Translations under genes and position numbers: made by a program | NCBI GenBank assembly: GCA_965200835.1 | Contig: OZ241390.1 | Coordinates: forward strand, 450,518 to 514,517 | DNA length: 64,000 nt | Reading direction: 5' to 3' | DNA from: Acidimicrobiia bacterium | GTDB lineage: Bacteria > Actinomycetota > Acidimicrobiia > Spongiisociales > Spongiisociaceae | Notes under the pieces: generated by a model | The model's input: the letters and a program-made list of their open reading frames with translations, nothing else | What the model was told of the DNA's origin: nothing | Database searches by the model: none | Shown here: positions 51,697 through 61,114 of the stretch, piece by piece | How positions within the stretch are numbered: the stretch's first letter is position 1 | Layout: every line of letters begins with the position of its first letter

Positions 51697-52470
51697 CTAC
51701 CAGGTGGGACGGCTGAGCACGCCGCCGTCCACCACCAGGTTGGCGCCGGTGATCCAGCGAGCCAGGTCGGAACAGAGGAATACACATGCATCCCCGATGT
51801 CCTCCGGCGTGCCGAGCCGCCCCATGGGACAGGCTTCCTGCCAGCGGCGGACCCCTTCGGGCCAGGCTGTTTCGATACCGGAGCGATGGATGAGACCAGG
51901 TGAGACGGTGTTGACCCGGACTCCCGAAGGTCCGTAGGTAAGAGCGGCCGCCCGGGCATGGATGATGAGGGCGGCCTTGGAGACCGAGTAATGGCCATGT
52001 CCCGGCGCAGGGTTGGTTCCTTCTATGGAGGAGATGTGAACTATCGAGCCGCCCCGGCCTTGGGAGATCATGGCAGCAGCGGCGCTCTGGGTGAGCCTAT
52101 GCACCGCGGTCAGGTTGGTGTCGATCATCTCCGACCAATCGGCCTCGGTCAGGCCGGCGAAGTCCGCCACCGGTTGGATGCCGGCATTGTTGACCAGACC
52201 GTCCAGACGGCCGTACTCCTCAATGACCCCCTCCACGAGGGTGGCCGGGCCATCATCAGCGGTCAGATCGGCGACCATGGCCACCACCGGCTTCCCTGTG
52301 CCATCGTGCAGGTGATCCACGGGCGAGGCTCGCGTGTGGGCCACCACCGTGGCTCCCACCGCCACCATCCGGCGCACAATGCCGGATCCGATATTGCCTC
52401 CCGCGCCGGTCACCAGCACGACCCGGTCCGCCAGATCGAGCATCCGGGCAGGAGAGGGGAGATCGTTCAT
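51697..52470 (-). CDS. SDR-family oxidoreductase
   Basis: VTGAGGNIG and YSVSK motifs. Start at MNDLPSP (ATG 52468-52470). Confidence 0.72.
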   Translation of the reverse strand: MNDLPSPARMLDLADRVVLVTGAGGNIGSGIVRRMVAVGATVVAHTRASPVDHLHDGTGKPVVAMVADLTADDGPATLVEGVIEEYGRLDGLVNNAGIQPVADFAGLTEADWSEMIDTNLTAVHRLTQSAAAAMISQGRGGSIVHISSIEGTNPAPGHGHYSVSKAALIIHARAAALTYGPSGVRVNTVSPGLIHRSGIETAWPEGVRRWQEACPMGRLGTPEDIGDACVFLCSDLARWITGANLVVDGGVLSRPTW

Positions 52471-52913
52471 GACCTGACCAATAGGGCGATCCGATCCGCC
52501 GCCTCGGGAAAACGCGCCACCAGGTCGGCTGCACATCCCAGCTCGAATGCGTCGTCACGGTAGGGCGGGGACATGGTTGCTCCGACCAGTGACCAGGCTC
52601 CGGTAGTCCGAGCACCCATCCAGACGCCGGTGGGGACTGCTACCAAGGGACGCTGCCCGGCGACCAGATCGTCCCCCAACACGGGACATTGCACCCGACC
52701 CTGTGGACCCAGCAGCAGCATCTCCACGGCCGCACCTGCATAGTGATGCCACAGCTCGGGACCGTCCAGGCGATGCATGGCCGAGAAGTCATCCGGCTGG
52801 AGCAGGTAGTAGATGGCGCTGCTGTGGTCGTCCTTCCAGGTCCGAGCCCATCTTCCTCCCTCGTGGGGAAGGGGGGACAGATCGAGTAGCTCCGCTACCT
52901 CGGGACCGGTCAC
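52467..52913 (-). CDS. cupin-domain protein
   Basis: 148-aa beta-rich sequence. Overlaps the downstream SDR by 4 nt and the upstream deaminase by 4 nt, so it is translationally coupled within the cluster. Confidence 0.45.
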   Translation of the reverse strand: MTGPEVAELLDLSPLPHEGGRWARTWKDDHSSAIYYLLQPDDFSAMHRLDGPELWHHYAGAAVEMLLLGPQGRVQCPVLGDDLVAGQRPLVAVPTGVWMGARTTGAWSLVGATMSPPYRDDAFELGCAADLVARFPEAADRIALLVRS

Positions 52914-54214
52914 TGTGCCAGCCGCACCGCTCTCCGGGTCATCTCTGCTCTGGTAGCCGCCAGATCGATCGAGGTCACCCGGCCGTTCTCGACCACTTGC
53001 TTGCCGCCCACCCAGACGGAGCTGACCGCCTCGGGCGAACCGGACCAGACCAGCCGGGAGACCGGATCATCCTCTCCCGGCACCACCGGATGGAAGGCCG
53101 AAGTCTCGGGCGAGATCACCACCATGTCCGCGTTCGCCCCGGCAGTCAGACGGCCCAGATCCGGACGATCGAGGCAGTCGGCTGCCCCAGCTGTGGCCAT
53201 CCGCAGAGCCTGATCGGCCAGAAGAGCGCCTGCGTCGCCAGATTTCAACCGGGCCAGCTGCATGGCGGTTCTCATCTCCTCGAAGAGGTCCAGGCGATAG
53301 TGGGAAGCCGGTCCATCGGTTCCCAGCCCCACTCGAACACCGGCTGAGATCAGGTCCTGCACCCTGGCAACCCCGGAACCATGCTTCGAGTTCGAACAGG
53401 GACAGTGGGCCACCGCCACCTGCCCGCGGGCAAGGATGTCGATGTCCTCATCGGACAGCCAGACTGCATGAGCCGCCAGCGTCCGGCCCTCGAACATCCC
53501 CACCGATTCCAGATAGGCCGGGGCCGACATGGCCGACCTGTCGCGCACGGCAGCGTCCTCCCACTCCTCCTCGGCCACATGGATATGGACGAGCATCCCG
53601 GTGTCGGTCGCTATCTCGGCCACCCGCCGCAGGCATCCGTCCGAGAGGGAGTAAGCGGCGTGAGGACCGAGACCCACCTCGATGAGGTCGTTCGAGGCCC
53701 ACCGCTCCCTGGTGGCAACCATCTCCTCCAGCTGCCCCTCCCATGACCCGAGATGATCGAACTCGGCGTCCTCGATGATCGGGGCAGTCACTAGGGATCG
53801 CAGCCCTGCGTCGGCTGCCCCCCGAGCTACCGCATCCGCGTAGAAGTACATCTCTACCGAGGTCGTTATGCCGTTGGCGAGTAGTTCGGCAGCTCCGGCT
53901 CTCATAGCCACCCGTACGTCTTCCGGGGTGAGCCGTGCTTCCCGGGGCCACATGACCTCCTTTAGCCAGCGGTCCACCGGCAGCCCTTCCCCGGCGCCCC
54001 TCACCAGCACCATCGGGGTATGGCAATGGATGTTGACCATTCCCGGCATCAGGATGCCCTCCACCCGATGGATCGTCGCTCCGGGTACATCGGGTGCCTC
54101 CGATGCCGGGCCCGACCAGGTGACCAGCCCCTCATCCACATCTACCACTCCACGGGTGATGGGATCCGCCTCCCCGGACATAGTGATCAATGTGTCGGCT
54201 GCGTAGCGATCCAT
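52910..54214 (-). CDS. amidohydrolase of the MTA/SAH (or 5'-deoxyadenosine) deaminase family (MtaD/DadD-like)
   Basis: HxH metal motif (NIHCHT), HVAEE catalytic segment, and ~434 aa from start MDRYAADTLITM (ATG 54212-54214). Confidence 0.7.
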   Translation of the reverse strand: MDRYAADTLITMSGEADPITRGVVDVDEGLVTWSGPASEAPDVPGATIHRVEGILMPGMVNIHCHTPMVLVRGAGEGLPVDRWLKEVMWPREARLTPEDVRVAMRAGAAELLANGITTSVEMYFYADAVARGAADAGLRSLVTAPIIEDAEFDHLGSWEGQLEEMVATRERWASNDLIEVGLGPHAAYSLSDGCLRRVAEIATDTGMLVHIHVAEEEWEDAAVRDRSAMSAPAYLESVGMFEGRTLAAHAVWLSDEDIDILARGQVAVAHCPCSNSKHGSGVARVQDLISAGVRVGLGTDGPASHYRLDLFEEMRTAMQLARLKSGDAGALLADQALRMATAGAADCLDRPDLGRLTAGANADMVVISPETSAFHPVVPGEDDPVSRLVWSGSPEAVSSVWVGGKQVVENGRVTSIDLAATRAEMTRRAVRLAQ

Positions 54215-54262
54215 CTTCCACTCCTGCGTCGCGGGCGTACCCGACTCCCGTATGATAAGGAC

Positions 54263-55318
54263 ATGGACCCACTCGGCGGCCGCTCGCTCGACTGGTCGGG
54301 CGGTGCCGTGCTCATGGTCGACCAGACCCGGCTGCCCGACCAATACGAAGTGCTCCGGATCGAGTCCGTTCCCGACATGGTGGCCGCCATCCGGCGGCTC
54401 TCCGTCCGGGGAGCCCCTGCTATCGGGGTTGCCGGAGCCTTGGGAGTGGTGCTGGCCATCCAGACGCACGGGAATTCCGGAGCCGCCTTCGACGCCGCGG
54501 TGGCCAGTCTCAGAGGGGCCCGTCCCACCGCCGTGAACCTGGCCCGTATGGTCGATAGGGTGGCAGCGCTAGCACCTGAGGGCTTGGACCGGGCCTTGGA
54601 GGAGGCCCTCCGGATACGGGACGAGGAGATCGCGGCATCGATATCGATGGGCGAGTACGGAGCCGACCTGGTGATGGAGCTGATCGCCCGGCCGGATGCC
54701 CGCACTATGACGATCTGCAATACCGGAGGTCTGGCCACCATAGAGCGAGGGACTGCGCTGGCAGTGATCCAGACCCTTCACGAGCGGGGAGCACTGGCGG
54801 AGGCACTCGCCCTGGAAACTCGACCTCTCCTCCAGGGAGCTCGGCTGACCACCTGGGAACTGGGCAGGATGGGGGCACCACATCGCCTGCTGGTGGACTC
54901 GGCGGCACCTTTCATGCTGGCCCGGCGCCAGGCCGACGTGGTTCTCACCGGGGCTGACCGGGTCGCGGCCAACGGCGACACCGCCAACAAGATCGGAACC
55001 TTTTCCCTGGCCCTGGGTGCCCGGAACGCCGGAGTGCCGTTCATCGTGGTAGCACCCGAATCCACCCTGGATCTCGACACTCCGAGCGGCAATGCGATCC
55101 CGATCGAGGACCGAGAGGCGGATGAGGTAGTCACCGTCAAGAGAACGGTCACCGCTCCGGAGAACACCAAGGCTGCCAACCCGGCCTTCGACATCACCCC
55201 CTTCTCGTTGATAACCGCCATCGTCACCGATCGCCGGGTGGTCCGGCTGGACCATGGTGATAGCCTTGGCTCCGTTCCACTGGGAGACCTCAGGCAACCC
55301 TCGGGGATATGTCAGTAA
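54263..55318 (+). CDS. mtnA: S-methyl-5-thioribose-1-phosphate isomerase (MtnA; eIF-2B alpha/beta/delta family)
   Basis: eIF-2B-like fold with conserved ICNTGGLAT, TGADRVAANGDTANKIGT and the catalytic region. Divergently arranged with the deaminase (49-nt spacer). Confidence 0.8.
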   Translation: MDPLGGRSLDWSGGAVLMVDQTRLPDQYEVLRIESVPDMVAAIRRLSVRGAPAIGVAGALGVVLAIQTHGNSGAAFDAAVASLRGARPTAVNLARMVDRVAALAPEGLDRALEEALRIRDEEIAASISMGEYGADLVMELIARPDARTMTICNTGGLATIERGTALAVIQTLHERGALAEALALETRPLLQGARLTTWELGRMGAPHRLLVDSAAPFMLARRQADVVLTGADRVAANGDTANKIGTFSLALGARNAGVPFIVVAPESTLDLDTPSGNAIPIEDREADEVVTVKRTVTAPENTKAANPAFDITPFSLITAIVTDRRVVRLDHGDSLGSVPLGDLRQPSGICQ

Positions 55319-55381
55319 ACAATCCGAAAGTAAGACCCGTCCCATGAATGGAGCGGAAACACATCTGGAAATAGAAGGAGG

Positions 55382-56485
55382 TTGTACATGATCATAAGGA
55401 GCTCCAGGATCATCATCCTGGCGTTGGCACTCACCCTGGCCGGGGCAGCCTGTGGCGGCCCCGAGCCGGAGATAGAGTCGTCGGCCGATGCCGACGCGGT
55501 AGCAACGACTGCGGCTCCGGCCACCGAGGCAACGACCACCACTGCGGCAGAGGACCGGATCAGCCTCATCTACGTCAGCCCCAATCCCCTGGGTGTCAAC
55601 AACTTCCTGATTCTCGGCGAGGTCGGAACCGAGCGGGCGGCCGAACGACATGGTGGTACCTGGAAGACCTTCGAGTCGGTGGACGACTCGACCCGGCGCG
55701 CCAATATCGAAGCGGCCATCGACGAAGCACCCGACATCGTCGTGCTAACCACCTTCACTCTGGTCGAGATGGCGGACGAGTATTCCAAGGCCCACCCCGA
55801 TCAGAAGTTCATCATCATCGACGCATGTCCTGAGGAACCTGCCCCCAACCTGCACTGTGGGGTATTCCGGGAGCACGAAGGCGCTTACTTGTTGGGCGTG
55901 ATGGCAGGCCATCTGTCGGAGGCCAAGCAGATCGGCTCGGTGGCAGCCCTCGATATCCCGTTCTTCAAACGTTGGTGGGAGAGCTTCGCCATGGGCGCTC
56001 AGTCGGTCGATTCTTCCATCGAGAACTCCGTGGTGTTCATCGCCGGGGACAACCCCTTCTCCGATCCGGCCCGGGCCAAGGAGCTGGCCCTCTCGCTAGC
56101 CGCCCAAGGACCCGACCACATATTTGCCGTGGGCGCGGGTTCCAACGGCGGCGTGTTCGAAGCCGCTGAGGAGGCGGGCTTCCTGGCTTACGGCGTGGAT
56201 GTCAACGAATGTCCCAGCGCACCCGGCTTCATCGTGGACAACAACCTGAAGGTGGTGGATGCGGTCGTCGACCAGCTCATCGAGCAGGTTCTCGACGGAA
56301 CGGCCGGACCGGTGGTCGACTTCGGGTTGGCCGAGGGCGGGACCGGCGTGATGGCCCTGTCCCCTGACCTGGCCGACAGCCAATGCGTGATCGCCGACAA
56401 TCCTGAGGTCGTCGAGGAGGTCAGGCGTATCGCCGACGGGATCATCGATGGCTCCATCGTCGTCCCGGATCCATTGTTCGGCTAA
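55382..56485 (+). CDS. BMP-family ABC transporter substrate-binding lipoprotein (nucleoside-binding, PnrA/Med-like)
   Basis: Signal peptide plus lipobox (LTLAGAACGG) and a BMP fold. Confidence 0.75.
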   Translation: MYMIIRSSRIIILALALTLAGAACGGPEPEIESSADADAVATTAAPATEATTTTAAEDRISLIYVSPNPLGVNNFLILGEVGTERAAERHGGTWKTFESVDDSTRRANIEAAIDEAPDIVVLTTFTLVEMADEYSKAHPDQKFIIIDACPEEPAPNLHCGVFREHEGAYLLGVMAGHLSEAKQIGSVAALDIPFFKRWWESFAMGAQSVDSSIENSVVFIAGDNPFSDPARAKELALSLAAQGPDHIFAVGAGSNGGVFEAAEEAGFLAYGVDVNECPSAPGFIVDNNLKVVDAVVDQLIEQVLDGTAGPVVDFGLAEGGTGVMALSPDLADSQCVIADNPEVVEEVRRIADGIIDGSIVVPDPLFG

Positions 56486-56528
56486 CCGGAGGCCATGAAT
56501 AGTTGATCGGTAGGTCGTTCGCCAGGCG

Positions 56529-58052
56529 GTGACACCGGCACTGGAGTTCCGAGGTGTAACCAAGCGGTTCCCCGGCGTCCTGGCGAACGACTCCGTCGAC
56601 ATGACAGTCCATTCCGGCGAGATACACGCGGTGGTGGGTGAGAACGGAGCCGGGAAGACCACTCTGATGTCGATCCTGTTCGGCCTCCTGCCGGCGGATT
56701 CCGGGGATATCCAGGTGGACGGGAAGCCGGTCCGGTTCACTTCAGCCCTCGAGGGGATCCGGGCCGGGTTGGGCATGGTGCATCAGGCGTTCCGCCTGTT
56801 CCCCTCTCTCACGGTGGCCGACAATGTGGTCTTCCGGGAAGAACCGACCCGGCGAGGTCTGCTAGATCGGTCCGAGAGCATCCGCCAGGTGGGCGAGCTA
56901 GCCGATCGTTACGGCTTGGCGGTGGACCCAAAGGCGGTGATCGAAACGTTGCCGGTAGGGGTGCTGCAGCGGGTAGAGATCCTCAAGGCGCTCTACCGGG
57001 ATGCCCGCATCCTGATCCTCGACGAACCCACCGCGGTCCTGACTCCCCAGGAGCGGGACAAGTTGTTCGAGATCATCAGACGCCTGCGCGACTCCGGCCG
57101 GACGATCCTGTTCATCACCCACAAGCTCGGCGAGGTGATGTCACTCTCGGATCGGGTGACGGTGCTCCGGGACGGCCGGGCGATGGCCCACCTGGTTACG
57201 GCGGAGACCAACCCGGCAGAGATCGCCCGGCACATGACCGGCCGGTCGGTAGATCTGGATCGGCGGGCACCGGACCACCGACCGGGGGACCCTATCCTGT
57301 CGGTTTCCGACCTGGACGTGAGAGGTCGCCATGACCGGTTGGTAGTGAAGGAAGCTACCTTCGAAGTCTGTTCCGGCGAGATCGTCGGGATCGCGGGCAT
57401 TGCCGGGAACGGCCAGACCGAGCTCATCGAAGCAGTGGCCGGGCTCCGGGAGGCATCAGGCGGCTCCATCCATCTGAACGGGATCGACCTCGAAGGATCG
57501 GACGTGTCGAGGAGACGCTCGGCAGGGATGGCCTACGTGCCGGAGGATCGTCACGGGGTGGGTACCAGCCATCGTTCCTCGGTCCAGGCCAATCTACTGC
57601 TGGGTCACCAGCGCCGCCCGGGGATGCAGCGGAGAGGCTGGTTCCATCTGCGGGCCGTCCGGGATCACGCTCGCCGGCTGGTGGAGGCGTACGGGATCCG
57701 GTCGGGCCCGATCAGCTCGCCGGTGGCCACTCTATCGGGCGGCAACCTCCAGAAGGTGGTGGTGGCCCGGGAGATGTCGCATGGAGCGCCGCTGCTGATT
57801 GCCGAGCAGCCCTCGCGCGGTCTCGACATCGCCGCCATCGAGTTCATCCACGACCGCTTGATCCGATTCCGTGACGAAGGGGGCGCCGTCCTGCTGGTGT
57901 CGGCGGAGCTGTCCGAGATCCTGGCGCTCAGCACCCGCGTTCTGGTGATGTTCGGAGGAGAGATGGTGGCCGAGCTCGACCCTTCCGGTGTCACCGAGGC
58001 CGAAATCGGCATCTACATGACCGGGGCTCATCTCGAGGGTGCCCATGTCTGA
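56529..58052 (+). CDS. ABC transporter ATP-binding protein with duplicated ABC domains (sugar/nucleoside CUT2-type)
   Basis: Two Walker A motifs (GENGAGKTT, GIAGNGQTE) and LSGGNLQKV signature. 507 aa. Confidence 0.85.
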   Translation: MTPALEFRGVTKRFPGVLANDSVDMTVHSGEIHAVVGENGAGKTTLMSILFGLLPADSGDIQVDGKPVRFTSALEGIRAGLGMVHQAFRLFPSLTVADNVVFREEPTRRGLLDRSESIRQVGELADRYGLAVDPKAVIETLPVGVLQRVEILKALYRDARILILDEPTAVLTPQERDKLFEIIRRLRDSGRTILFITHKLGEVMSLSDRVTVLRDGRAMAHLVTAETNPAEIARHMTGRSVDLDRRAPDHRPGDPILSVSDLDVRGRHDRLVVKEATFEVCSGEIVGIAGIAGNGQTELIEAVAGLREASGGSIHLNGIDLEGSDVSRRRSAGMAYVPEDRHGVGTSHRSSVQANLLLGHQRRPGMQRRGWFHLRAVRDHARRLVEAYGIRSGPISSPVATLSGGNLQKVVVAREMSHGAPLLIAEQPSRGLDIAAIEFIHDRLIRFRDEGGAVLLVSAELSEILALSTRVLVMFGGEMVAELDPSGVTEAEIGIYMTGAHLEGAHV

Positions 58053-59202
58053 GGTCAGGACCGAGACCCCCGCCCTGCTCGGCAACCGAATCGTAACGAT
58101 CCTGTCCCATCCGGTGCTCTTCTCTCTGGTGTTTGCGTTCGCGGTGGGTTGGGCGATCGTCTGGCTTACCGGCAGTGATCCGGGGTTTGCCTACCGGTCC
58201 ATGTTCGATGGCGCAGTCAGCGGATCGGGTCTGCGCAACACACTGGGTAGGGCGATACCGATCATCGGAATGGCCCTGGCCGTGTCGGTCGCCTTCCGGT
58301 CCGGGGTCATCAACCTGGGCGGAGAAGGACAGATGGTGGTCGGCGGCCTGGCAGGAAGCCTGGTGGCGATCTACCTCCCGGGACCTGGACTGGTGGTGAT
58401 TCCCCTGGCCATGCTGGCAGGGGCCCTGGCAGGCGCGGTCTGGGCAGTGCTACCGGCCCTCGGACAGACCCGCCTCCAGCTTCCTATTCTGATCACCAGC
58501 CTGCTGCTCAACTATGTGGCCAGAGCTGTCACCGGCTACCTGGTCCGGTTCCAGTTCCTGGATGACACGGTCACCCTGACCTCCACCGAGCAGGTCCCCA
58601 TGACGGCTCGCATGCCCAAGATGCCTCTGTTCGGAGGCGTCAGCCTGTCCCTGGTGCTGGTCATCCTGCTGGTGTTGGTCGCCTGGGTGGTCTACGCCAG
58701 AACCGTAGCGGGCTACGAAACCCGGATGGCCGGCCTGAACGGGCGCTTTGCCCGCTACGGGGGAATCCAGGTGGAGCGCCAGACGGTGGGAGTGATGATG
58801 GTTGCCGGTGCCATCGGCGGAGTAATCGGCACCCACCTGATAATCGGCGACGCCTACCGCTTCATCGACGGTGAGCTGGTGTTGAGCGGGCTGGCCTGGA
58901 CCGGTTTGCTGGTGGCTCTGCTGGCCGCCAATCACCCAGCCCTCATCCTGGTGGCCGGGTTGCTGTTCTCCGGCCTGCAGATCGGAGGTCTGGCCATGCA
59001 GCGAGAGCCGGAAGGCGTGTCGTGGCGGCTGTCCCAGGTGTTGCAAGCCCTGGTGATCGTGGCAGTTGCCAGCCGGCTCACTTTCGGATGGTTCAAGCAA
59101 CGGGCGGGACGTGCCGCACCCGCAGGAGAGCCGGATACGGCCGCGGTGGGAGAGGTCTTATGTTCGACCAGCTGTTCGACGCTGCCCTGCTCGACTCGGT
59201 GA
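58039..59202 (+). CDS. ABC transporter permease (CUT2/BMP system)
   Basis: Polytopic membrane protein immediately after the ATPase gene (overlap 14 nt). Confidence 0.75.
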   Translation: MPMSEVRTETPALLGNRIVTILSHPVLFSLVFAFAVGWAIVWLTGSDPGFAYRSMFDGAVSGSGLRNTLGRAIPIIGMALAVSVAFRSGVINLGGEGQMVVGGLAGSLVAIYLPGPGLVVIPLAMLAGALAGAVWAVLPALGQTRLQLPILITSLLLNYVARAVTGYLVRFQFLDDTVTLTSTEQVPMTARMPKMPLFGGVSLSLVLVILLVLVAWVVYARTVAGYETRMAGLNGRFARYGGIQVERQTVGVMMVAGAIGGVIGTHLIIGDAYRFIDGELVLSGLAWTGLLVALLAANHPALILVAGLLFSGLQIGGLAMQREPEGVSWRLSQVLQALVIVAVASRLTFGWFKQRAGRAAPAGEPDTAAVGEVLCSTSCSTLPCSTR

Positions 59203-60080
59203 TCCGGGCGATGATCCCGATCCTGCTGGCCGCTCTGGGCGGGATGATCTGCGAGCGGGCCGGCGTCTTCCAGATCGCCATGGAAGGGATGATGCTGGCC
59301 GGTGCCTTCGCAGCCGTGGCTGGCTCCTACCTAGTGGTGTATAGCGGCCTCGGGGTGCTGTTCGCGGTTTGTGCTGGAGTACTGGTGTCCCTGATGCTGG
59401 CCTTCGGTACCGTCAGCCGCCGTGGCGATCCGATCGTGCTCGGTATCGCCCTCAACCTGATGGCCCTCGGTCTGACCGGATTCCTCCTACCCCAGATTTT
59501 CGGGGTGAGGGGCGTGTTCCGGCATGAGCGGATCGACGGATTGGATCGCCTACCCATCCCCGGGCTGTCCGACCTCCCATGGATTGGACCGGTGCTGTTC
59601 AACCAAACCATCCTGGCCTACCTGGCCTTCCTGCTGGTACCCGCTATCTGGCTGCTCATGTTCCGGACCCCGGTTGGCCTCAGGCTGAGAGGTGTCGGGG
59701 AACGGCCGCTGGCCGCCGAGTCCCTCGGAGTGAACCCCACCGCCTATCAGTACGGCGCGGTGATCCTGTCGGGGGTGCTCTCGGGTCTGGCCGGAGCACA
59801 GCTGGCGCTGGGCAACGTGGTGCAGTTCGCCGAGAACATGTCCAGTGGTCGGGGATGGGTGGCAGTGGTAGCCGTCATGCTCGGTCGCGCCCATCCGTTC
59901 GCAGTCTTCGGGGCCAGCCTGCTGTTCGCCTTCGCCGAAGGTCTGGGCTTCCGCCTCCAGGGGAACGGCCTACCTGTGCAGATCACCGACGCCTTGCCCT
60001 TCGTGGTGACCCTGATCGCTCTGATCGCGGCCCGAAAGCGCTTCGCCCGACTGCTGGATCTGACCACCGCCCACAACTGA
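59160..60080 (+). CDS. ABC transporter permease (CUT2/BMP system, second subunit)
   Basis: Polytopic membrane protein. Start taken at MFDQLFD (ATG 59160). Confidence 0.72.
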   Translation: MFDQLFDAALLDSVIRAMIPILLAALGGMICERAGVFQIAMEGMMLAGAFAAVAGSYLVVYSGLGVLFAVCAGVLVSLMLAFGTVSRRGDPIVLGIALNLMALGLTGFLLPQIFGVRGVFRHERIDGLDRLPIPGLSDLPWIGPVLFNQTILAYLAFLLVPAIWLLMFRTPVGLRLRGVGERPLAAESLGVNPTAYQYGAVILSGVLSGLAGAQLALGNVVQFAENMSSGRGWVAVVAVMLGRAHPFAVFGASLLFAFAEGLGFRLQGNGLPVQITDALPFVVTLIALIAARKRFARLLDLTTAHN

Positions 60081-60111
60081 TCCAGATCCACCGGCCCGTC
60101 GCCCAAGTCGA

Positions 60112-61020
60112 CTACTCGAGGATCGCCCCGGACCGGTTGGCTGATTTCACCAGCCTGAGCAGCTTGCGCGCCCGCGGGTCGAGCTCGGCATCCGACCTCC
60201 AGACCCCTTCGATCCTGCGAAGGGCCACCAGCGGACCTTCCTCGAGGTCCGGATCCTCTCCCCCGGATGCGGCAACCTGGCGAGGGAGCACCGTGCGGGC
60301 AAATCCGAATACCGCCATCTGGCGAAGGACAGACGGGTTGCCCGACTCGAGCGCAACCTGGTACCGGATCCCGAGCCGGGCCAATCCCTGATCGACCAGC
60401 TGCCGGGTTCGGGATCCAGGAGGGTAGAAGGCCCAACTATCGGCAGCGGTTTCGGCTGGTGATCGGTCCCGAGCTCTCTGGACCGTCGGCAAGCCTCGTC
60501 GTGAGTAGATATGCATTCGCTCGGTGGCAATCGGCGTGGCGTCGTACCGGGGCCCGGCCGGACCGACTACGAAGGCTAAGTCCAGCTGAAAGTCGTCCAG
60601 CATCGACAGCAGCTCGGCGGACTCGTCCACCACCAACTGAAGGTCTATGCCTGAATGCTCCTCCTGCATCCGGTAGAGGCCGGCGGGGATGGTGTAGAGG
60701 CCGACGGTATCGATCATGCCTACCCGGAGGGTTCCCACCTCACCCTTCTCCCATCCATCCAGCCATCTGAGCAGGTCGGAGGTCTGGCCCAGGACTCCGT
60801 CCGCGTAACGGGCGACCCGAGTGCCAGCTTCGGTCAGGACCCGTCGCCGGCCGTCCTTCCTGAACAGCTGCGCGCCCAGCCGTTTCGACAGCTCGGCCAG
60901 CGAGTGGGACAGGGCTGGTTGGCTGATCCCGAGCTCCAGCGCCGCATCGGTGAACGAACCGAGGCGTTCCACCTCCTGCAGGCAGCGCAGGCTCCTGAAG
61001 TTGAGAAGCGGTGTATCCAT
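60112..61020 (-). CDS. LysR-family transcriptional regulator
   Basis: N-terminal HTH (FTDAALELGISQPALSHSLAELSKRLG) plus LysR substrate-binding domain. Divergent from ino1. Confidence 0.85.
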   Translation of the reverse strand: MDTPLLNFRSLRCLQEVERLGSFTDAALELGISQPALSHSLAELSKRLGAQLFRKDGRRRVLTEAGTRVARYADGVLGQTSDLLRWLDGWEKGEVGTLRVGMIDTVGLYTIPAGLYRMQEEHSGIDLQLVVDESAELLSMLDDFQLDLAFVVGPAGPRYDATPIATERMHIYSRRGLPTVQRARDRSPAETAADSWAFYPPGSRTRQLVDQGLARLGIRYQVALESGNPSVLRQMAVFGFARTVLPRQVAASGGEDPDLEEGPLVALRRIEGVWRSDAELDPRARKLLRLVKSANRSGAILE

Positions 61021-61114
61021 AAGTATCTCTTATGGGTTATGGTACATCTATTTATTGGACTGAAGTGAATCGGCTGCCCAAGCTATGCCACACGAGAACT
61101 GAGAGGAAGTAGAC

